Source: Burkholderiales bacterium
GTDB lineage: Bacteria; Pseudomonadota; Gammaproteobacteria; Burkholderiales; Casimicrobiaceae
Direction: 5' to 3'
Assembly (NCBI GenBank): GCA_025354165.1
Contig: JANXNI010000061.1
Coordinates: forward strand, 55,384 to 119,383
Length of the DNA stretch: 64,000 nt
Shown: piece after piece, positions 1 through 8,743 of the stretch
How positions within the stretch are numbered: the first letter of the stretch is position 1
Layout: each line of letters opens with the position of its first letter
The notes under the pieces: model-generated
What the model saw: only the letters and a program-made list of their open reading frames with translations
Told to the model about the DNA's origin: nothing
Databases searched by the model: none
Made by a program: the position numbers and the translations under genes

Positions 1-479
1 GCGACCAACTCCGTGCGGTGGGCGAGAAACTCGGCGCTGATGTGCCGTTCTTCATTTTTGGACAGCCTGCGTTCGCGAGCGGCGTAGGTGAGCGCCTACT
101 CGCGGTTTCGCTCCCACTGAACCAATACGTCGTCGCCTTTCCCGGTATCTGCGTGGCGACCGCCGATGTGTTTGCGGAAACTGGCCTCACACGAAATACG
201 CCTAGGGCAGAAAGAAAAGTGTTCGCAGAAAACTTTGGCCACAACGATTTGCAGCCGGTCGCTGAGCGCCTGCAACCCCAAATTTCCTCGCTTTGTGGCG
301 CTTTCATTCGAGCGGGAGCCGCGCCGCGCATGAGCGGTTCAGGCGCTTGCGTGTTTGCGCCGACATCCGGTGCAATCGCCGCGCAGGCACTGGTCGCGCA
401 GCTACGCGGCGCGGGCTGGCAATGCTGGATCGTTAAATCAATCGCCCATCATCCGCTCATCGGCTTCGCCTCCGGTTGA
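1..479 (+). CDS. ispE: 4-diphosphocytidyl-2-C-methyl-D-erythritol kinase, C-terminal part (5' truncated by window)
   Basis: LGADVPFF and RMSGSGACVF GHMP-kinase motifs; directly upstream of tRNA-Gln and prs, the conserved arrangement. Confidence 0.93.
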   Translation, partial: DQLRAVGEKLGADVPFFIFGQPAFASGVGERLLAVSLPLNQYVVAFPGICVATADVFAETGLTRNTPRAERKVFAENFGHNDLQPVAERLQPQISSLCGAFIRAGAAPRMSGSGACVFAPTSGAIAAQALVAQLRGAGWQCWIVKSIAHHPLIGFASG

Positions 480-505
480 AATGTCCGGGTGACCGATGCT
501 ATAAT
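476..505 (+). promoter_or_regulatory. putative sigma70 promoter for tRNA-Gln/prs
   Basis: TTGAAA (476-481), 18 nt spacer, TATAAT (500-505) with TG at 497-498 (extended -10). Confidence 0.55.
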
Positions 506-557
506 TTAAGGCTTCCTGTGATGGTTTGACTTGTCGAGTCGTCGCAAGAAAAAGTGT

Positions 558-632
558 AGGGGAGTCGCCAAGTGGTAAGGCACCGGATTTTGATTCCGGT
601 ATACGTAGGTTCGATCCCTTCCTCCCCTGCCA
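558..632 (+). tRNA. tRNA-Gln (anticodon TTG)
   Basis: Acceptor stem AGGGGAG/CTCCCCT, anticodon arm CCGGA-TTTTGAT-TCCGG, GGTTCGATCC T-arm, encoded CCA end. Confidence 0.97.
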
Positions 633-644
633 CACATACATATC

Positions 645-684
645 AAAGCGGTCTTAGAGCTTCACTCCAAGGCCGCTTTTTTTT
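645..684 (+). terminator. rho-independent terminator-like hairpin after tRNA-Gln
   Basis: AAAGCGGTCTT...AAGGCCGCTTT stem followed by a T run. Confidence 0.6.
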
Positions 685-717
685 CGATAGTCCGCAAACG
701 ATAGTTTCGAGCCCGCC

Positions 718-1668
718 ATGAGTTTCCATGACATGATGGTCTTTACCGGCAACGCGAACGCCAAGCTGGCGCATTCGGTTGTTGAGCACCTGAGTTTGCG
801 GCTCGGCAAAGCGCAGGTCAGCAAGTTCTCTGACGGCGAGGTAAACGTTGAGATTCTCGAAAACGTTCGCGGTAAAGATGTGTTCGTGTTGCAGTCGACC
901 TGCGCGCCGACTAACGACAATTTGATGGAACTGGTGATCATGGTTGACGCACTAAAGCGTGCGTCGGCCGGGCGGATCACCGCCGCGATGCCGTATTTCG
1001 GCTACGCGCGTCAGGATCGCCGCCCGCGCTCCGCGCGTGTTGCGATTTCGGCGAAAGTTGTGGCCGACATGCTGTCGGCGGTGGGTGTGGATCGCGTGCT
1101 GACGATGGATTTGCACGCTGATCAGATTCAGGGTTTTTTCAATATTCCCGTTGACAATATTTACGCGACGCCGATTTTGCTCGCGGATATCTGGAAGCAG
1201 AAATACGAAAACCTCCTGGTCGTGTCGCCGGACGTCGGCGGTGTTGTTCGTGCGCGAGCTGTTGCCAAACGTCTCGACACAGACCTCGCAATCATCGACA
1301 AACGTCGGCCCAAAGCGAATGTCTCGGAAGTCATGAACATCATTGGCGATGTGGCGGGTCGTACCTGCCTCATCATGGACGACATCGTGGATACGGCGAA
1401 TACGCTGTGCAAAGGCGCGCAGGCGTTGAAGGACAACGGTGCGGTGAAGGTCATCGCGTATTGCACACACGCTGTGCTCTCGGGCGAAGCGGTGAATCGG
1501 ATATCAGGCGACGCGATTGATTCGCTGGTTGTCACCGACACGATTCCGCTGTCAAAAGAAGCGCAGGCGCTTGGCAAAATCCGCCAGATTTCCAGCGCGC
1601 AATTGATCGCCGAAACGATGCAGCGTATTAGTAATGAGGACAGCGTTTCGTCCTTATTCACAGAGTAA
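718..1668 (+). CDS. prs: ribose-phosphate pyrophosphokinase
   Basis: [26 protein letters not shown] and DDIVDTANT motifs; 316 aa. Confidence 0.98.
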   Translation: MSFHDMMVFTGNANAKLAHSVVEHLSLRLGKAQVSKFSDGEVNVEILENVRGKDVFVLQSTCAPTNDNLMELVIMVDALKRASAGRITAAMPYFGYARQDRRPRSARVAISAKVVADMLSAVGVDRVLTMDLHADQIQGFFNIPVDNIYATPILLADIWKQKYENLLVVSPDVGGVVRARAVAKRLDTDLAIIDKRRPKANVSEVMNIIGDVAGRTCLIMDDIVDTANTLCKGAQALKDNGAVKVIAYCTHAVLSGEAVNRISGDAIDSLVVTDTIPLSKEAQALGKIRQISSAQLIAETMQRISNEDSVSSLFTE

Positions 1669-1772
1669 TCTTACTCAAGAATTTTTCCCGCGCGCAATAA
1701 CGCGAGCGGGCTTTTAGCGTCACACTGGTCGCGGTGTCACGATTAAAAAAACCATCATTGGAGTTACAAAAA

Positions 1773-2477
1773 ATGGCAACCGAATTCACCGCGTTCTCGC
1801 GGTCAGCGCTGGGCAGTAGTGCGAGCCGCCGCCTGCGTCTTACGGCCAAAGTGCCGGGCATCGTCTATGGCGGTACCGATAAACCTGAAATGATCGAGCT
1901 CGATCACAACGCGCTGTGGCACGCCCTCAAGAAAGAGGACTTCCACAGCTCAATTCTCACGATGACCGTGGACAAAGCAAAGAGCCAGGTGCTCCTGCGC
2001 GACGTGCAATATCACCCGTTCAAACAGCTGATCCAGCACATCGATTTTCAGCGCGTTGACGCGGCCAAGAAAATTCACATGCGCGTGCCCGTTCACTTCG
2101 TGAATCAGGAGATCTCGCCTGCCGTGAAACTCTCCGGTGCCGTGGTCAACCATGTGCTCTCCGATGTTGAAATTTCTTGCCTGCCGAAAGACTTGCCGAA
2201 ATTCATCGAAGTAGATATGCAATCTCTCGTCGCTGGCTCGTCGATTCACGCCTCCAACGTGAAATTGCCCGAGGGCGTAGCGTTTGTGTTCCACGGGCGT
2301 AACAAGGATGTCGTGTTCGCCACTGCATCGACGGTCAAAGAAGAGGCCGCACCCGCTGACGGCGCACCCGTGGCCGCTGAAGTTGCAGCGTCCAAGCAGA
2401 AGGCTCCGGCCGCTCCTGCTGCTGTGCCAAACAAAGAAGGCGCGAACAAGGACAAGGATCTCAAGAAGAAGAAATAA
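1773..2477 (+). CDS. rplY: 50S ribosomal protein L25 / general stress protein Ctc
   Basis: KVPGIVYGG and HIDFQRV motifs; ATG at 1773 with GGAG at 1760-1763 (the ORF track start at 1734 is probably too long); sits between prs and pth. Confidence 0.96.
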   Translation: MATEFTAFSRSALGSSASRRLRLTAKVPGIVYGGTDKPEMIELDHNALWHALKKEDFHSSILTMTVDKAKSQVLLRDVQYHPFKQLIQHIDFQRVDAAKKIHMRVPVHFVNQEISPAVKLSGAVVNHVLSDVEISCLPKDLPKFIEVDMQSLVAGSSIHASNVKLPEGVAFVFHGRNKDVVFATASTVKEEAAPADGAPVAAEVAASKQKAPAAPAAVPNKEGANKDKDLKKKK

Positions 2478-2491
2478 TCTTCTACGGTTCG

Positions 2492-2520
2492 AAAAAGGCT
2501 CGCGTTTGCGGGCCTTTTTT
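2492..2520 (+). terminator. rho-independent terminator after rplY
   Basis: AAAAAGGCTCGC-GTTT-GCGGGCCTTTTTT. Confidence 0.85.
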
Positions 2521-2537
2521 ATTGGTATTGCGAGAAT

Positions 2538-2653
2538 CAGCTTTTTCGTGAATGCCAGTCTAATCGGGGGCTAGACGTCGTATTTGCCGAAAGTCGATAA
2601 ATAGACAAATTAACAATGAACCCCAGTGCAGTGGTCGTTTGAAGTAAAAGCTA
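2538..2653. repeat. 116-bp symmetric intergenic element, copy 1 (rplY-pth)
   Basis: CAGCTTTTT 2538, GGGGCT 2567, TCGA 2594, AACCCC 2619-2624, TAAAAGCTA 2645-2653; boxes mirror exactly about 2595/2596. Confidence 0.9.
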
Positions 2654-2707
2654 TTAACCAGCGTTTACACTGTAAAGCAGTAATTTTTTGCCTTAGTTAG
2701 CGCTTCC

Positions 2708-3343
2708 GTGACTTTCCCAAAACTACCCATCAAACTCGTCGTCGGGCTCGGTAATCCAGGCCCGGAATATGAGCGCACACGGCACAACGCGGGATTCTGG
2801 CTGGCCGAGGATGTGGCGCATGAAATTGGCGGCAGTTTTGCGAGTGAGAAAAAATTTGACGGCCTGATGGCGCGAGGTCAAGGTGCTGCAAGTGAAGTGC
2901 GGGTTCTCAAGCCGCAAAAGTACATGAACCTCTCAGGCCAAAGCGTTGCAGCCATAGCGAATTTCTACGCCGTTGCCCCCGCAGAAATTCTCGTCGCGCA
3001 TGATGAACTTGACCTCGACGCCGGTGACATCAAATTCAAATTCGGTGGCGGCCACGCCGGGCACAACGGTCTGCGCGACATTCAGGCGAAGCTTGGAACG
3101 GGGGACTACTGGCGCTTGCGCATTGGTATTGGCCATCCGCGCGACTCGTTGAATTCGCAGCAGGCTGTCGCCGACTGGGTGTTGCAGCGGCCACGCCGAG
3201 ACGAACAGAACGCGATTGAAACGGCAATTGAGCGCGCACTCGCCGTCTGGAAATTTCTCGCCGTGGGCGATACGGAAAGCGCAGTGAAGAATTTGCACAC
3301 AAAACCCAGGATGGACCAACCATCCGACAAGGCCCGCGCATGA
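2708..3343 (+). CDS. pth: peptidyl-tRNA hydrolase
   Basis: VGLGNPG, TRHNAGF, HDELD, GHNGL and RLRIGIGHP motifs. Confidence 0.97.
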   Translation: MTFPKLPIKLVVGLGNPGPEYERTRHNAGFWLAEDVAHEIGGSFASEKKFDGLMARGQGAASEVRVLKPQKYMNLSGQSVAAIANFYAVAPAEILVAHDELDLDAGDIKFKFGGGHAGHNGLRDIQAKLGTGDYWRLRIGIGHPRDSLNSQQAVADWVLQRPRRDEQNAIETAIERALAVWKFLAVGDTESAVKNLHTKPRMDQPSDKARA

Positions 3344-3365
3344 ACCCTCTCACGAAGGACGCGCC

Positions 3366-5186
3366 GTGAGCGCCCTGTCCACCGCCGCCGCGCTACTCGG
3401 AGCGGCCGTGCTACTCGTCCCGCTGTTCAAACGGCTGGGGCTGGGCTCGGTCATGGGCTATCTCGTGGCGGGCGTGCTCATCGGGCCGTCTGCATTCGCG
3501 GTCATCCACGAGCCTGAAGCCGTGCTGCGAACCGCCGAATTTGGCGTGACGCTGCTCATGTTCATCATCGGCCTGGAGCTGCAAACGGAGCGCTTGTGGG
3601 CGTTGCGCAAATCCGTGTTCGGGCTCGGCAGCTTGCACATGCTCGCCTGCACCTTGGTGCTTGCCGCCCTCGCATGGTCGTTCAACATTCTGGGCGTTGC
3701 GGCGATCATCGTAGGCATCGCGTTGACCATGACGTCGACCGCGTTCGCGTTGCCGTTACTTGCGGAGCGCGGTGAAATCGATTCGCAGTATGGCCGCGAA
3801 ACGTTCTCAGTGCTGCTGTTTCAGGACTTGAGCGTCATCCCGATCATCGCATTGGTTGGTCTTGTTGGCGCGACGGCCGGTGGCGGGGTCAAACTCGGCT
3901 GGCCCGCGTTGATTGCAGTCGTCGCCGTAGTGATTCTGGGCCGACCGGTTTTGTCGGTCATGTTCAAGTACGCCTCAAAATTCGGCTCCCACGAAATCTT
4001 CACCGCTGCGGCGCTGCTCACCACCGTTGGTTTGGCGTGGCTCATGACGAGTGTAGGTTTGTCGACGACGCTTGGCGTTTTTTTGGCGGGCGTTTTGTTA
4101 GCTGACTCGCAGTTTCGGCATCAACTGGAAGCGAGCATTGAGCCCTTTGAATCACTGCTCCTCGGTTTGTTTTTCATGGCCGTGGGTATGAGTGTGAACC
4201 TTGATTTGCTCAAGCGCGCGCCGCTTGCGCTGGTCGGTCTGGCCGCAGCGATTTTGCTGCTGAAGGCGGGGACCTTCTATATCGTCCGACGTTTCATCAC
4301 GCGAGCTGCCGACAAGCTCGCGCGGCCACAGGCGCTCGCGCTCGCGGTGGGCGGCGAATTCGCATTCGTGCTGATCAATGCGGCCACCGATGCCAGCCTG
4401 ATTTCGCCGCAAGAAAATGAAGTGCTCACGGTCGTCGTCGTACTGACCATGGTGCTTGCGCCACTTGCGTGGATATTCAATGACAAAGTGCTGACGCCCT
4501 GGCTCACGAGCGATGAAGAACCTGCGCCGTTTGACCGTATCGACGATCCGGGGACGCCGGTCATCATCGCTGGTTTCGGCCGCGTCGGCCAGATCATAGG
4601 CCGCGTGCTCAACATGAGACGTGTCGCGTTCACCGCAGTGGATGCGAGCCCGGACAATGTTGATTCTGTTCGCCGTTTTGGTAACAAAATTTACTACGGC
4701 GACGCGACACATCTGGACCTCCTGCGCGCCGCAAAAACGGAGAGAGCGAAGCTGTTTGTCGTGTGTATCGATGATGTCGAAGCGTCACTCGTTACGGTCA
4801 AGCTCGTACAGAAACATTTTCCGTCGGTGACCGTGCTCGCTCGTGCCCGGAACCGCACGCACCTCATGAAACTGCGCGAACTTGGCGTGGAATCACCGAT
4901 CCGCGAAACGTTTGCTGGCAGCGTTGAATTGTCGAAACTGGTGCTCGAGGGGTTGGGCGAAACCAGTGAGCAAATTGAAAAAACGCTCACCACTTTTGTG
5001 GAACACGACTTGGCCATGCTGGAGCGGCAACAGGCGGTGTTTCAGGATGAAGCCAAACTCATCGCCCTGTCAAAAACAGCGCGCGCGGAGCTCGACACCA
5101 TCCTGCGCGAAGACGCCGAAGCCGACGGTCGCAGCGATCAGTTAGCACCTGAAATGCAAAACCAAATTGAGGCAGTACGAACATGA
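3366..5186 (+). CDS. kefC: KefB/KefC-family monovalent cation:proton antiporter with C-terminal KTN domain
   Basis: Multiple TM helices, LLFQDL, and IIAGFGRVGQ / YYGDAT KTN motifs; kefB vs kefC not resolved. Confidence 0.85.
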   Translation: MSALSTAAALLGAAVLLVPLFKRLGLGSVMGYLVAGVLIGPSAFAVIHEPEAVLRTAEFGVTLLMFIIGLELQTERLWALRKSVFGLGSLHMLACTLVLAALAWSFNILGVAAIIVGIALTMTSTAFALPLLAERGEIDSQYGRETFSVLLFQDLSVIPIIALVGLVGATAGGGVKLGWPALIAVVAVVILGRPVLSVMFKYASKFGSHEIFTAAALLTTVGLAWLMTSVGLSTTLGVFLAGVLLADSQFRHQLEASIEPFESLLLGLFFMAVGMSVNLDLLKRAPLALVGLAAAILLLKAGTFYIVRRFITRAADKLARPQALALAVGGEFAFVLINAATDASLISPQENEVLTVVVVLTMVLAPLAWIFNDKVLTPWLTSDEEPAPFDRIDDPGTPVIIAGFGRVGQIIGRVLNMRRVAFTAVDASPDNVDSVRRFGNKIYYGDATHLDLLRAAKTERAKLFVVCIDDVEASLVTVKLVQKHFPSVTVLARARNRTHLMKLRELGVESPIRETFAGSVELSKLVLEGLGETSEQIEKTLTTFVEHDLAMLERQQAVFQDEAKLIALSKTARAELDTILREDAEADGRSDQLAPEMQNQIEAVRT

Positions 5187-6172
5187 ACCGTTGCAAAATC
5201 GCTGTGATCGGCGTGACGCTTGTTGCGCTGTCCGGGTGCGCAACACGGTTCGACTTGCAGGCACATCGCGGCGGACGCGGGCTCGCGCCTGAGAACACGT
5301 TGACGTCGTTTTCAAACGCGCTCGACATCGGAGTCAGCACGCTAGAGCTGGACGTCGGCATTACGAAAGACGGAGTGATGGTGATCTCGCACGATCGCTA
5401 CATGAACGCGGACATCACACGCGACGCCCAGGGTGCGTTCCTCGCTGAACGTGGTCCAACCATTGCGTCGTTGACTTTGGCTGAGCTGCAACGCTACGAC
5501 GTGGGTCGTCAAAATCCTGCCAGCAATTACGCCAAATCCTTCCCGCAGCAAAAGGGGACCGATGGCGAGCGCGTTCCGACTTTAGCGTCGCTATTTGATC
5601 TCGTCGCCAAGCGCGGCGCGACCAATGTGCGCTTCAACGTTGAAACCAAAATCTCACCGAACGCCGCCTCGGAGACGCTTGCGCCCGAGCCCTTTGTGCG
5701 TGCGCTGATTGCGGAGATTCGTAAAGCCGGACTCACCAGTCGCGCGACGATTCAATCGTTCGACTGGAGAACTTTGCTGATTGCTCAGCGTGAAGCGCCG
5801 GAGATCGTGACTGTGCATCTGACCAGCCAGCAAGGCGCGGGTGACATGGTGCAGGTGGGCAGACCGGGTGCGTCGCCGTGGCTCGCGGGATTTGATGTTG
5901 ACGATTACGCGGGTTCGGTGCCGAAACTGGTGAAAGCGGCAGGCGGCACGGTGTGGTCGCCGAATTACAAGGACGTGACCGACGCGCTGGTGCGAGAGGC
6001 GCAGTCGCTTGGGCTGAAAATTGTGCCGTGGACGGTGAATGACGACGCTGATCTTGCGCGTTTGCTCGACTGGAAAGTTGATGGCCTGATCACCGATTAC
6101 CCGGATCGCTTGCGTGCGCTCATGAAGGCCCGGGGGACGCCGTTGCCGACGCAGTATCCGGTGGCTAAATAG
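5183..6172 (+). CDS. glycerophosphodiester phosphodiesterase, putative lipoprotein
   Basis: AHRGG, PENTL, ELD, IQSFD, WTVND and ITDYP motifs; LSGC lipobox. Confidence 0.92.
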   Translation: MNRCKIAVIGVTLVALSGCATRFDLQAHRGGRGLAPENTLTSFSNALDIGVSTLELDVGITKDGVMVISHDRYMNADITRDAQGAFLAERGPTIASLTLAELQRYDVGRQNPASNYAKSFPQQKGTDGERVPTLASLFDLVAKRGATNVRFNVETKISPNAASETLAPEPFVRALIAEIRKAGLTSRATIQSFDWRTLLIAQREAPEIVTVHLTSQQGAGDMVQVGRPGASPWLAGFDVDDYAGSVPKLVKAAGGTVWSPNYKDVTDALVREAQSLGLKIVPWTVNDDADLARLLDWKVDGLITDYPDRLRALMKARGTPLPTQYPVAK

Positions 6173-6181
6173 CGTTGAACT

Positions 6182-6203
6182 GTAGGAGCGGCGAAAGCCG
6201 CGA
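6182..6203 (+). repeat. single GTAG-type REP
   Basis: GTAGGAGCGGCGAAAGCCGCGA between convergent stops; the same 22-mer recurs at 42317, 42359, 44165, 44207 and 50824. Confidence 0.85.
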
Positions 6204-6207
6204 AGGT

Positions 6208-6657
6208 TTACTTCTTCATCCGCGCGCGAATCGCGGGCAACAACTTCTCGTCAATATCTTCTTCGCCCAGCGCATACGCAACAAATTTGTCGCCCTCATA
6301 CAAACTGAAGCTCGGATAGCCCTTGATCTTGCCGTCGGTTTCGTTCTTCACGCGCGGCCAAAGCCATTGCTGATCTGGCTTGAAATCGTCTGCTGCAAAT
6401 GGTCGCGCGAGGGTCGGTTTTTTGACGATCATGTAGCGCACTGCTTTGCCCTCCGGGCTCTTCAGAAACTTCGCTTCACCGCCTGAACCTACGACCGAGC
6501 CTTCCCACCACGTACACCAGCGGCAATCTTTCGCCGACCAGTAGACGACTGTGAGCGGCTCCCCAGCCGCCCACGCGGGACTTACGCCGCTAGCGAAAAG
6601 CGCTGCACCAAGAATCGCGATGAGGTGTTTCGCAGTGTGTTTCATACGCACGACCAA
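6208..6657 (-). CDS. exported protein with CxxC motif, thioredoxin-like fold likely
   Basis: Signal peptide; YWSAKDCRWC; GYPSF resembles the cis-Pro loop; start may be ATG 6645. Confidence 0.65.
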   Translation of the reverse strand: MVVRMKHTAKHLIAILGAALFASGVSPAWAAGEPLTVVYWSAKDCRWCTWWEGSVVGSGGEAKFLKSPEGKAVRYMIVKKPTLARPFAADDFKPDQQWLWPRVKNETDGKIKGYPSFSLYEGDKFVAYALGEEDIDEKLLPAIRARMKK

Positions 6658-6662
6658 TCCTA

Positions 6663-6917
6663 TTACGCCAACAATTTCTTCACGTAAGCAACGTAGGCCT
6701 TCATCGCGTCATCATTGCTCGCACCCTTTTTCGTCGCCCAAGCGTCAAACTTTGCGCGTCCGACCGGATCCATGATGCCGGGACGTCGCCCTGCGGCATC
6801 GCCCTCTGTGCCTTGTTTGTAGAGCGCATACAGCTCCAGTAGCGTCGCGTTATCCGGCTTTTCTTTCAGCGTTTTAACGTCGGCTTGTGCTTTCTCGAAA
6901 TCGTCTTTAGTCGCCAT
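6663..6917 (-). CDS. acyl-CoA-binding protein (ACBP)
   Basis: LLELYALYKQGTEGD and KFDAW motifs; 84 aa. Confidence 0.93.
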   Translation of the reverse strand: MATKDDFEKAQADVKTLKEKPDNATLLELYALYKQGTEGDAAGRRPGIMDPVGRAKFDAWATKKGASNDDAMKAYVAYVKKLLA

Positions 6918-7022
6918 CGCTTATCTCCTTAATTTTGGGAACCTAGCGGCTATTATTGTTGATGCAAGGTGTCCGCCGCAAGCGGGAAAAAATTTTTGAG
7001 CTTTGCACCTAAGGAGTGGATC

Positions 7023-8648
7023 GTGGCCAAAGAAAAAATGAGCAGCGTCGACACCGCGTGGCTGCGGATGGATTCGACGACCAATCTGATGATGATCGTC
7101 GGCGTCATGATGTTCGACACACCGCTTGACGTGCCTCGATTGAAGGGCGCGCTTGAAGGTCGGCTGCTGGTATATCCGCGCTTCCGCCAATACGTGGTTG
7201 ATGATGGCATGTCAGCACACTGGATCGACGACGAATCGTTCGACATTGACGCGCACCTGCATCGTGTTCGGCTGCCCGGTGCAGGCGGTGAGCGCGAGCT
7301 ACAAGCGATGGTGGCGGATCTTGCGAGCGAACGGCTCGACAGAGGCAAACCGCTGTGGCAGATGCATCTGGTCGAGGGCTATCAGGGCGGCTCCGCACTT
7401 ATCACCCGAATACATCACTGTATTGCTGACGGCATCGCTCTGATCGGCGTGTTGCTCAATATGACCGAGGAAGATCCGGACGCGCCTGACACGCCGCGCG
7501 AAATGCCCGGCCCTGGCAAATCCAAAATCAGGAAATTTGCAAAGCGCAGCGAAAGTTCGTTCAATATTTTCGAGGCACTCGGCCCATTTGGTGCGCAGCT
7601 GCAAAGTAAGCTTGCTCCCGCCATGCACGCACTCGCCCCCGTCGCTGAAATCGCGCAAGCGGCGTTTAACAAACTCGGCCCGCTGAAGGCTCCGATTGAG
7701 TCTGCGCTAGACGACGGCGCGCGCATGGGCAGTCGCGTGGTCGCCAAATACAGCCGTTGGGTCGACGACCCGACGCAAGCGATGGATGCCGCGAAGGTCG
7801 CGGCTGGATTCGCGCAGGAGCTTGCCGCGCTGGCGCTGCTGCCGAACGACACGCCGACGAGACTCAAGGGTAAAACGGGCACCGTCAAATGCGTCGCGTG
7901 GAGCAACCCCATCGATCTCGTTCGCGTGAAGGACGTCGGCTACGTGCTCGGCTGTTCGGTCAACGACGTTTTGCTGGCATCGGTCGCGGGTGCAATTCGC
8001 AGCTATCTCGTTAGCAAAGGCGATAACGTGGAGAGTGACGCTGGGCTACGTGCATTCGTGCCGGTCAATCTACGTGCACCGGGTAAAGAACACAAGCTCG
8101 GCAATCATTTCGGACTCGTCGGGCTCGTATTGCCGATTGGTGAGGCTAATCCGATTGCGCGCGTGTTTGAGGTGCGTCGTCGCATGGGCGAGCTAAAGAC
8201 CGGATATCAGGCCGCCGTGAGCATGGCGCTGCTCGGCGTGCTCGGCTATGTACCAAAAGCGATTCAGCGACAGGCTTTGAGCCTGCTGAGCGACAAAGGC
8301 ACGGCTGTCATGACCAATGTTCCGGGTCCGGCGAAGCCGCTCTACCTTGCAGGCAGCAAAATTTCGCAAAACATGTTCTGGGTGCCGCAGAGCGGGCATG
8401 TCGGTATGGGCGTTTCGATTTTGTCGTACGCAGGTGGCGTTCAGTTTGGCCTGATCACTGATCGCAAACTCTGCCCTGATCCACAAGCAGTTATCAGCCA
8501 GTTTGAGCCTGAGTTCGAGAAGCTGATGACTTCGCTTATGTGGCTGGAAAAAGGCTATGTCGGCGCCGATTCGGGTGCGTTCGACGAAATGCTCACGGCA
8601 GAGGCGCCGGTCGCCATCAAAACGAAGCCAAAAGCGCGCAAGAAATAA
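7023..8648 (+). CDS. wax ester synthase / diacylglycerol acyltransferase (WS/DGAT)
   Basis: HHCIADG (HHxxxDG) catalytic motif, PLWQMH, TNVPGP; GTG 7023 follows AAGGAG (ORF track start 6969). Confidence 0.92.
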   Translation: MAKEKMSSVDTAWLRMDSTTNLMMIVGVMMFDTPLDVPRLKGALEGRLLVYPRFRQYVVDDGMSAHWIDDESFDIDAHLHRVRLPGAGGERELQAMVADLASERLDRGKPLWQMHLVEGYQGGSALITRIHHCIADGIALIGVLLNMTEEDPDAPDTPREMPGPGKSKIRKFAKRSESSFNIFEALGPFGAQLQSKLAPAMHALAPVAEIAQAAFNKLGPLKAPIESALDDGARMGSRVVAKYSRWVDDPTQAMDAAKVAAGFAQELAALALLPNDTPTRLKGKTGTVKCVAWSNPIDLVRVKDVGYVLGCSVNDVLLASVAGAIRSYLVSKGDNVESDAGLRAFVPVNLRAPGKEHKLGNHFGLVGLVLPIGEANPIARVFEVRRRMGELKTGYQAAVSMALLGVLGYVPKAIQRQALSLLSDKGTAVMTNVPGPAKPLYLAGSKISQNMFWVPQSGHVGMGVSILSYAGGVQFGLITDRKLCPDPQAVISQFEPEFEKLMTSLMWLEKGYVGADSGAFDEMLTAEAPVAIKTKPKARKK

Positions 8649-8743
8649 GCGGCACTGTTTTAGTGGCGACGGGCGCCAGCGCCAACCATCGTGACTAGAG
8701 ATCCCGCAGACCCCGACTGGCAAGACGCGCCGGTGCTTTCGAT

